In this document: piece by piece, positions 56,863-64,000 of the stretch
Layout: each line of letters starts with the position of its first letter
Numbering within the stretch: position 1 is the first letter of the stretch
DNA from: a bacterium
GTDB taxonomy: Bacteria > Patescibacteriota > Minisyncoccia > Phycocordibacterales > UBA2100
Direction: 5' to 3'
Length of the DNA: 64,000 nucleotides
Assembly: GCA_030647655.1 (NCBI GenBank)
Contig: JAUSJH010000002.1
Span: 130,445 to 194,444, forward strand
Notes under the pieces: model-generated
Databases searched by the model: none
Seen by the model: the letters and a program-made list of their open reading frames with translations, nothing else
Told to the model about the DNA's origin: nothing
Made by a program: the position numbers and the translations under genes

Positions 56863-57855
56863 ATGTCACTCAATAAGAAGTTGTTCGCAAGTGTTAGTGC
56901 TGTGCCGTCCCTTTCGGTCGCACTGGCCAACATGCTACCAGCCAATCGTTTGGCGCATGTGCTCACAATTACGAAGGGTCTCCCCTGCGTGGAAGGCCTC
57001 ACTGACGAGCGTATCGACCTGGAAATCGAACGCCATATCGGATTTATCTTCGACGCAATCGATGATATGTCCGAGATTTCGGAAACGGAGCGCGTTCTCC
57101 GATTTGAAAAGGCGATGGAACTTGCGCGATGGTACATGCGCAATGAATCCGCAGCCAAGATTCCAAAATCAATGGCGAAGTTGCTCGGCGAAGCTGCATC
57201 ACAATGGAGCACCGAACCGAATGAAGATGAGGCACAAAAGTTGCTAAAAAAAATCGCAGACTTCTACCTCAACTCTACAATGAAAGAGGTAAGCGATATC
57301 ACACGTTCGGCGATTAACAGGGCATGTGCGAACTGCTCGCTTGAGCGGTTGGCAAGTTCCTTGATTACGCTCAACGATATCAGGACGTGGAACTTCGGCG
57401 AGAGTATCTTTGACTCTATCGCGATCGGTCTCGTCAGAAAGCAAATTCTCGTTTCTCCGGCGTCAATCGTGCGTGCGGCCAACATCAACCTCGTCGTCGG
57501 TAACACGTTCTCGGAAGCTGCCGAAGGTGCACTCATCAACAAGGCGATTCGAATCGCACAAATCGATCAAGCTGCTCGGTCCTTTATCGGGCATCTTGAA
57601 GTCAACGGAAACTCCCGCTGGTCCCTGGAAAATATCGATGAGGCATCCAACACTGCAACAATCGCGTGCGTGGAAGGTCAGCGCAAGGCTGACGTGCCTC
57701 GGATCATAGAGGGTGCTCTCGAATACGCTCAAGACTGGGACAATCCCTATCAAGGCTTGGTCACGATAGTGCTCAAAGCGTCGCTCAGACCGGAATTCGG
57801 CGTCTTCGAAAGGAAGGCTGTCATATCTGGATCCCAACCGTCACATCGTGGCTGA
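56863..57855 (+). CDS. Hypothetical protein (orphan, 330 aa)
   Basis: Long ORF with GGAG SD, own promoter and terminator; no recognised motif. Confidence 0.7.
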   Translation: MSLNKKLFASVSAVPSLSVALANMLPANRLAHVLTITKGLPCVEGLTDERIDLEIERHIGFIFDAIDDMSEISETERVLRFEKAMELARWYMRNESAAKIPKSMAKLLGEAASQWSTEPNEDEAQKLLKKIADFYLNSTMKEVSDITRSAINRACANCSLERLASSLITLNDIRTWNFGESIFDSIAIGLVRKQILVSPASIVRAANINLVVGNTFSEAAEGALINKAIRIAQIDQAARSFIGHLEVNGNSRWSLENIDEASNTATIACVEGQRKADVPRIIEGALEYAQDWDNPYQGLVTIVLKASLRPEFGVFERKAVISGSQPSHRG

Positions 57856-57891
57856 CGGGGTCAGATAAACTACCCTGCTCATTTCCCCTCC

Positions 57892-57929
57892 CCGTCGGCC
57901 TGCAGCGCGCAGACCGACGGTCTTTTTTT
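57892..57929 (+). terminator. Intrinsic terminator
   Basis: CCGTCGG...CCGACGG stem followed by TCTTTTTTT. Confidence 0.75.
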
Positions 57930-59202
57930 ATTTACCCTTCAAAATCTCGACAGCCTTATCGAGCTGAGGGTCTTTACCCGCCTTTGCGTCATCGTCACTA
58001 ATATCGACTTTTACGTCCGGCGTTATTCCATCATGCGGGATATGGATGCCGTCGGGGCCGAGCCAGCGGGCGACCGTTATTTTGAGAGCCGTATCCGGAG
58101 TGATGTCCACGAGCTCTTGTACCGAGCCTTTCCCGAACGTATTGGTACCGACAAGCGTGGCTATCCCATAGTAATGCAGTGCATCAGCGAGGATCTCTGA
58201 AGCAGACGCCGAGCCGCGATCCACCAAGACGACCATTTTGAGGTTTTTGTTGAATATGTTGAAGCCGAGCGAGCGGTGTATTATGTTGCGCGCATGACCT
58301 GCATAATCCTCGGTAACAACTATCTTACCGCTCGGCAAAAACCAGCTCGCCATTTCGACGGATGCTTCCAAATACCCTCCCGGATTCCCGCGAAGATCGA
58401 GTATGAGCTTGGTATCACCTGATTGGACAAACTCACGAAGCGCATTGCGGAACAAATCCGAGGAGTTGGCCGTGAAGGTAGCGAGCTCGATGACGAATAT
58501 GCCATCGGGTCTTTTCGTCGTCGTAACTATCGGTACATTAATGACGTCGCGCACAACCTTTATCTCACGCGGGCCACTCGAGCCATCACGATAGATAGTG
58601 AATGTCACAGTGGTTCCCTTGGGACCGCGTATTTTTCTCACTGCCGCTCCGACATCCATCCCCTCCGTCGAAGCATCATCAATTTTCGCGATGCGGTCGC
58701 CGCTCTTGAGACCGGCCTTATCGGCTGGTGTACCCTTGAGTGGAGAAACGACCGTAAGCACCTTGTCCTTGACCGCAATTTCCATTCCGACACCTTCAAA
58801 GCTACCGCTCATGTCATCGTTGAATTGCTGGCTTTCTGAAGGCGGCAGGAAAAAAGTATATGGATCGTCCAGAGAGCCCGCGAGTCCCTGTATCATCCCC
58901 CACACGCGCTTTTGATTTTCCGCCTCGGTTGATGTGGCCACGGGCGTCGAGGTCGCGACCGCGGCCGGCACGAATTTATCATTGATAACGCCCCACGCTT
59001 TCCACACGGGTGAAAAATCCACATTGGGCGGGGGTCCGGCACTTACCGATACTCCGCCTGAAGCAAGTCTTCCCTGCCCTCCCACGACGAACCCGCCTGC
59101 GAATGCGAGCGCCGCAAGAAGTATACCGCCGAGCACAATCGTTACTCGCCTTGGGTGTCGCGGGGCGAACGGAAGCGCGATACTCTTTTTTTCTTCGAAC
59201 AT
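57928..59202 (-). CDS. Carboxy-terminal processing protease (S41A) with PDZ domain
   Basis: LDDPYT, FEGVG PDZ, LDLRGNPGG, SASASEI, TFGKGSVQ. Confidence 0.95.
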   Translation of the reverse strand: MFEEKKSIALPFAPRHPRRVTIVLGGILLAALAFAGGFVVGGQGRLASGGVSVSAGPPPNVDFSPVWKAWGVINDKFVPAAVATSTPVATSTEAENQKRVWGMIQGLAGSLDDPYTFFLPPSESQQFNDDMSGSFEGVGMEIAVKDKVLTVVSPLKGTPADKAGLKSGDRIAKIDDASTEGMDVGAAVRKIRGPKGTTVTFTIYRDGSSGPREIKVVRDVINVPIVTTTKRPDGIFVIELATFTANSSDLFRNALREFVQSGDTKLILDLRGNPGGYLEASVEMASWFLPSGKIVVTEDYAGHARNIIHRSLGFNIFNKNLKMVVLVDRGSASASEILADALHYYGIATLVGTNTFGKGSVQELVDITPDTALKITVARWLGPDGIHIPHDGITPDVKVDISDDDAKAGKDPQLDKAVEILKGK

Positions 59203-59246
59203 CGGAGGATTATAGCATCAAGTATGCTGTCTGATGAGGTATAATT

Positions 59247-60164
59247 ATGCTCATGCATTCTCGCTATGAGCACAACGGTCTCGTGTGGATTGATCTCGAG
59301 TCCCCCACCAGCGACGAGGTTCGTGACATCGTAGAACAATTCAAGCTCGCGCCGCTTGTAGGCGAAGAATTACTCCTGCCTTCAAGCAAGCCCCGCGCCG
59401 AATATTACGGCAGTTGTATCTATCTTGTCTTCCATTTCCCCGCTCTCCGGCACTCACACAAGGCGCGCGAACAGGAGATCGATTTCGTGCTGGGACACAA
59501 GTTCATCATAACGACCCACTACGACACCATCGACCCACTGCATAATTTCTCCAAAGTGTTCGAGGTCAACTCCATGCTCGACAAAAGCAACATCGGAGAC
59601 CATGCCGGATATCTCTTTTTTTACATGCTGAAAAAGCTCTACAAGGCAGTAGAGCACGAGGTGGAATACGTGCGACAGGATCTTCTCACGGTCGAGGAGC
59701 ATATTTTCTCGGGTCACGAGGTCGCGATGGTTAACGCGCTATCGAGAAGCGCGCGTGACCTGATGAGTCTGCGGCAGCAGATCGAGCCGCACCGCGACAT
59801 ATTACACTCCCTCGAAGAGGTTGGGGTACAGCTCTTTGGTGCGGATTTCAGTTCCCACTTGCGGGCACTTTCCAACGAATACTATCGCGTACACAACCAC
59901 ATCATGCGACAGACAGAATCTCTCCACGAGCTCCGCGAGACCAACAATTCTCTGCTCTCGACCAAACAGAACGAGACGATGCGTGTCTTGACCATAATGG
60001 CGCTCCTCACATTCCCACTCTCGCTCTTCGTCGCAATATTCGACATCAACGCGACCTCCAACCCCATCATCGGGCTCCCCTATGATTTCTGGATAATCGT
60101 AGGTATTGTCTCCGGCATAGCTACTGCAATGCTTTTGTACTTCAGGCACAAAAAATGGCTCTGA
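59247..60164 (+). CDS. CorA-family divalent cation transporter
   Basis: WIDLESP, NETMRVLT, two C-terminal TMs, KKWL end; the GMN signature appears as DIN. Confidence 0.88.
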   Translation: MLMHSRYEHNGLVWIDLESPTSDEVRDIVEQFKLAPLVGEELLLPSSKPRAEYYGSCIYLVFHFPALRHSHKAREQEIDFVLGHKFIITTHYDTIDPLHNFSKVFEVNSMLDKSNIGDHAGYLFFYMLKKLYKAVEHEVEYVRQDLLTVEEHIFSGHEVAMVNALSRSARDLMSLRQQIEPHRDILHSLEEVGVQLFGADFSSHLRALSNEYYRVHNHIMRQTESLHELRETNNSLLSTKQNETMRVLTIMALLTFPLSLFVAIFDINATSNPIIGLPYDFWIIVGIVSGIATAMLLYFRHKKWL

Positions 60165-60165
60165 T

Positions 60166-61653
60166 ATGAAGTGGATGGATTTTTTCGCTAAAAAGCGAGG
60201 CGATGTGCAAACATCGGTACCACTCTATCTCTACAACACGCTCGGAAAGGAAAAACAGGAGTTCAAGAAATCTCCGCATGCCAAAGAGGTGCGCATGTAT
60301 AACTGCGGTCCGACCGTCTACGGCCGCCAGCACATAGGCAATCTATCGATGTTTGTCTTTACAGACATACTCCGGCGCACCTTGGACTACAACAACTTTA
60401 ATGTAAGGCAGGTCATCAATTTCACCGATTTTGGACACCTAACGTCCGACAGCGATGAGGGAGAGGACAAGATGATGAAAGGACTGAAGCGCGAAGGGCT
60501 CTCCCCCACCATAGACAACATGCGCGCGCTCGGAGAGAAATTTGCAAATTTCTTTCTCGAAGATATTCGTGCATTGAACATCAACCCCGATCGCATCACT
60601 TTCCCCCGTGCGAGCGACTACATTCCCGCACAGATTGCCATGGTCCATGCTCTTGAAGAAAAAGGCTACACCTACACGGTTAAAAGCGGTATATACTTTG
60701 ACACCTCTCGTTTTCCTGATTATGGAAAGCTGGGTGACATCAATCTTGCCGGACTCAAGGAGGGTGCACGGGTGAAGGTAAACACTGACAAGAGAAGCCC
60801 GACTGATTTTCTCCTCTGGAAATCAAGTAAGAAACTCGGCTGGGACAGCCCTTGGGGCAAAGGTTTCCCAGGGTGGCACATCGAGTGCTCCGCCATGATA
60901 CGGGCCATTCTGGGGCCCCAGATAGACATCCATACTGGAGGTATCGAGCACATACCTATTCACCACAATAATGAGATAGCCCAATCCGAGTCCGCGACCG
61001 GCAAGAAACCTCTTGCCCGATTCTGGCTCCACCGCGCACACATACAGCTCGAGGGCGCAAAAATAGCCAAATCCGGAGGCAACGTTGTCTATCTTTCCGA
61101 CGTGGTTGAGCGCGGATTCCATCCTCTCGCGCTCCGCTATCTTTTCTTGACCGCCCATTACCGCACACCATCAAACTTCACGTGGGAAGCATTGGGTGCG
61201 TCGCAGACGGCATTTGCGAAACTCGTCGCGCTACGCCTCTCGCTCAAAGATGTTGAAGCTGTCTCCCCTCGCCCAACGTGGAAGCAAAAGTTTACCGAGT
61301 GCGTTAATGATGACCTCGACACGCCCAAGGCACTTGCTGCTCTTTGGGAAATGACAAAAGACGAATCACTCCCCCCTGCCGAACGTTTGGCATTGCTCTT
61401 GGATGCCGACAGAGTACTCGGCTTGAATCTTGCCGAACCCGACGAATCGGCACGCAAGCTTGTTGCTGGCGAGCAAAAAGAAGAAGTGGTGAGCGAGAGT
61501 CTGCCGGAAAACGTTGCCGCCCTTCTGAAAGAGCGCGAGGAAGCCCGTGCCGCAAAGAATTGGCAACGGGCGGACGAACTACGCAACAAGATAGAAAGCG
61601 AAGGCTACTCACTCGAAGATACCGGGGCTTCCTCGCGCGTCTTCAAACTTTGA
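60166..61653 (+). CDS. cysS: Cysteine--tRNA ligase
   Basis: YNCGPTVY, HIGN, GFPGWHIECSAM, HHNNEIAQSE, ADELR. Confidence 0.97.
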   Translation: MKWMDFFAKKRGDVQTSVPLYLYNTLGKEKQEFKKSPHAKEVRMYNCGPTVYGRQHIGNLSMFVFTDILRRTLDYNNFNVRQVINFTDFGHLTSDSDEGEDKMMKGLKREGLSPTIDNMRALGEKFANFFLEDIRALNINPDRITFPRASDYIPAQIAMVHALEEKGYTYTVKSGIYFDTSRFPDYGKLGDINLAGLKEGARVKVNTDKRSPTDFLLWKSSKKLGWDSPWGKGFPGWHIECSAMIRAILGPQIDIHTGGIEHIPIHHNNEIAQSESATGKKPLARFWLHRAHIQLEGAKIAKSGGNVVYLSDVVERGFHPLALRYLFLTAHYRTPSNFTWEALGASQTAFAKLVALRLSLKDVEAVSPRPTWKQKFTECVNDDLDTPKALAALWEMTKDESLPPAERLALLLDADRVLGLNLAEPDESARKLVAGEQKEEVVSESLPENVAALLKEREEARAAKNWQRADELRNKIESEGYSLEDTGASSRVFKL

Positions 61654-64000
61654 TTACTCTTCAACGACGAAGTTAACCAGTCTGCCGGGCACTACAATAG
61701 TGCGTGATATCTTCTTCCCTTCCAAACGCGCAACTACAGCCTCGCGCGCAGCTGTCTCGAGAGCTGTTTTATCGGTACCAGCGGCAACTTCAACCGTTCC
61801 ACGCATCTTGCCATTAATTTGAACGGCTATTGTAACGCTCTCGTCTTTCAGGAGAGCCTCGTCATAGATTGGCCACGGTTCCTTATGTACCGATCTTTTG
61901 TGTTCGCCCAATCCCCACAACTCTTCCGCCATGTGGGGAGCAAACGGGGCAAGAAGCTTCAGGAACCGTTCCCACTGGCTTTTACCTATCTTTTTCTCCT
62001 TCTCCAGAGCGTTGAGAAATATCATCAGAGAACTGATGGCAGTATTGAATTTCATTGCATTGATATCTTCTCCGACTTTTTTGATCGTTTTGTGAAGAAG
62101 ATTCACTAGTGCGGTATTTTCAGCTTTACCAACCATATCTTGGGCACGGCAAACTCGTTCTAAGAACCGCCTTACGCCCACCACTCCATCTGGATTCCAT
62201 GGAAAGCTCGAGACTTCGTTGTAGGGGCCGACGAAGGCCAAATACATGCGCACAGTGTCCGCACCGAGGCGTTCCACCACTTCGTCAGGATCCACTACGT
62301 TGCCGTGCGATTTGCTCATTTTTTGGCCATCGGGGCCGAGAATAATACTCCGGTTCATGCGCCGTTTGTACGGCTCTGCGTCCTTGACAAGACCGAGGTC
62401 AAAAAGCGCTTTGTGCCAAAAGCGGCTATAGAGAAGGTGCATGGTTGTGTGCTCCGCTCCACCTGAATAAAGGTCCACAGGCATCCACTTGCCCATTTTC
62501 TTTGCATCCGCGAATTTCTTTTTGTTTTTTGGGTCGGTGTAACGCAAAAAATACCACGATGAATCCACGAATGTGTCGAGCGTGTCCGTCTCGCGCTCCG
62601 CTCTACCTTTGCACTGTGGACATTTCACCGCGACCCATTTCTTTGCTTTCGCCAACGGCGATTTACCACTCCCTTCGGGAAGATAATCTTTGACCTCCGG
62701 CAACTCCACCGGCAAGTCTTTATCAGCCACCGCGACAGTACCGCATTTTGGGCAGTGAATTATAGGAATCGGTACACCCCAGTAGCGTTGACGCGAGACT
62801 ATCCAATCACGGAGCTTGTACGTCACCTTCTTGCGACCGAAAGTTTGTCCCATCGCATTCTCGGCCTCGTGCACTGTCATTCCGTCGAAAGTTCCTGAAT
62901 TAATAACAATCCCGTCGCCGTCGTAAAAGAAATTCCCATTGGCTCGTTGCCAGGCGATACGCATGTCTTCCCTATTGATGAACGCGCCCATTTCTTTCGC
63001 GGTCATCCAGGTCACCGTATGGCGCGACGCTTCATGAGGATCTATGCCACCTAGCGCATCGTCTTCTAGTTGGAAGAGAAGAGGCGTAAAGTGCACTAAT
63101 AGATTTTTTTGATAGTTGTCACTAAAGTACTTGCTGTGGATGGTTCCGCCGAGCTTGCGAACGAATTTCGCATGCATGTAGCCCGTTTCTTCGCGAATCT
63201 CTCGCTTTCCGGCCCCTACGACGTCTTCATTTTGCTCAATGCCGCCCGAAACACATCCTCTCACGTCCGTCGGCAGATACCGCACCGCGAGATACTTATC
63301 TTCGGACCAGTGTTTAACGACAGTGAGAATGGAGTTCCGATCGATGAACGGCTGACCTTTCTTTGCGGCATCGCCACCTTTAGTAACCAGTATGAGCGGC
63401 TCCAGAGTTTCTTTGATGACAATTCCGTACTTCTTCGCGAACTCATAATCGCGCTCGTCGTGCGCAGGCACCGCCATGATGGCTCCCGTACCGTAGTGCC
63501 CGAGTACGTAATCTGCGACATATACCGGAATCTCCTTACCGGTCGCAGGGTTGATGGCTTTTACACCCTTGAGCTCTACACCGGTCTTTTCTTTTTGCTC
63601 CGCGAGTCGCTCAAGCTCCGTCTTTTTCTTCGCCGCGTCTATGTACTTCTCTACTTCATCCTTGTTTGATACCTGATGCTTGAGACTTGATACTTTTTCG
63701 TGCTCCGGCGCGAGCACGAGATATGTGCCGCCAAAAAGCGTGTCGGCGCGGGTCGTAAAAACTGTAATAGTTGGGACGCTCGCACGAAGAACATTGGGCT
63801 CTTTAAGATCTGTAAAGTGGCTCTTTTGCGATTTTTTCTGGATAAGCAAACACCCGAGATGTTTGGCGAAAGCCTCCCCGTCTGAAATAGGGACAACGTA
63901 ATCATTCGTATCATACAGGGTCACGAAACCGTGGCAATTCTTTTTGATTTTCTCAAAATTGAAACCCTTGCGCGTTGCTGCTACAACAGTCGGACGTTTC
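61654..64000 (-). CDS. leuS: Leucine--tRNA ligase (5'-truncated by window edge) with Nudix and alpha/beta-hydrolase-like inserts
   Basis: FTTRADTLFG, GTGAIMAVPAHDERD, SRQRYWG, DTFVDSSWY, KMSKS, VQINGK; frame open to window end. Confidence 0.95.
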   Translation of the reverse strand, partial: KRPTVVAATRKGFNFEKIKKNCHGFVTLYDTNDYVVPISDGEAFAKHLGCLLIQKKSQKSHFTDLKEPNVLRASVPTITVFTTRADTLFGGTYLVLAPEHEKVSSLKHQVSNKDEVEKYIDAAKKKTELERLAEQKEKTGVELKGVKAINPATGKEIPVYVADYVLGHYGTGAIMAVPAHDERDYEFAKKYGIVIKETLEPLILVTKGGDAAKKGQPFIDRNSILTVVKHWSEDKYLAVRYLPTDVRGCVSGGIEQNEDVVGAGKREIREETGYMHAKFVRKLGGTIHSKYFSDNYQKNLLVHFTPLLFQLEDDALGGIDPHEASRHTVTWMTAKEMGAFINREDMRIAWQRANGNFFYDGDGIVINSGTFDGMTVHEAENAMGQTFGRKKVTYKLRDWIVSRQRYWGVPIPIIHCPKCGTVAVADKDLPVELPEVKDYLPEGSGKSPLAKAKKWVAVKCPQCKGRAERETDTLDTFVDSSWYFLRYTDPKNKKKFADAKKMGKWMPVDLYSGGAEHTTMHLLYSRFWHKALFDLGLVKDAEPYKRRMNRSIILGPDGQKMSKSHGNVVDPDEVVERLGADTVRMYLAFVGPYNEVSSFPWNPDGVVGVRRFLERVCRAQDMVGKAENTALVNLLHKTIKKVGEDINAMKFNTAISSLMIFLNALEKEKKIGKSQWERFLKLLAPFAPHMAEELWGLGEHKRSVHKEPWPIYDEALLKDESVTIAVQINGKMRGTVEVAAGTDKTALETAAREAVVARLEGKKISRTIVVPGRLVNFVVEE

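Overview
A gene-dense 64 kb stretch of bacterial chromosome (genetic code 11). Gene content and architecture point to a CPR/Patescibacteria (Parcubacteria-like) genome: short AlaRS and AspRS, an FtsA-like/baseplate-J-like pair, a sigma-r4/winged-HTH protein, PG-binding surface proteins, LeuRS with inserted domains and palindromic repeats inside genes. This assignment is inference. The backbone is housekeeping: recR, dnaB, mltG, mnmA, ung, infA-rpmJ-rpsM-rpsK-rpsD-rpoA-rplQ-rplM-rpsI, grpE-dnaK-dnaJ, scpAB, mraY-ftsW-murG, six aminoacyl-tRNA synthetases, rplU/rpmA/rplI, an S41 protease and CorA. I found no rRNA, tRNA, CRISPR array, integrase or transposase. Main observations: (1) a translationally coupled operon encoding a membrane protein, two different SET-domain methyltransferases, a small membrane protein and a multi-TM histidine kinase; (2) two small cassettes each bracketed by a duplicated gene end (rplI 5' end around a hicB-like module; kinase 3' end around an orphan); (3) about nine dispersed orphan genes with their own Shine-Dalgarno site and terminator, among core genes that look leaderless; (4) candidate structured RNAs, including a leader with four C(UUCG)G hairpins, a leader with three CCKGAA-loop hairpins, a switch-like element before an MFS-like gene and a ~200 nt multi-hairpin region; (5) an acyl-CoA ligase fused to an apparently segment-permuted GNAT domain, a homospermidine synthase, and LeuRS with Nudix and alpha/beta-hydrolase-like inserts. 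All family calls come from motif recognition by eye; no database searches were run.
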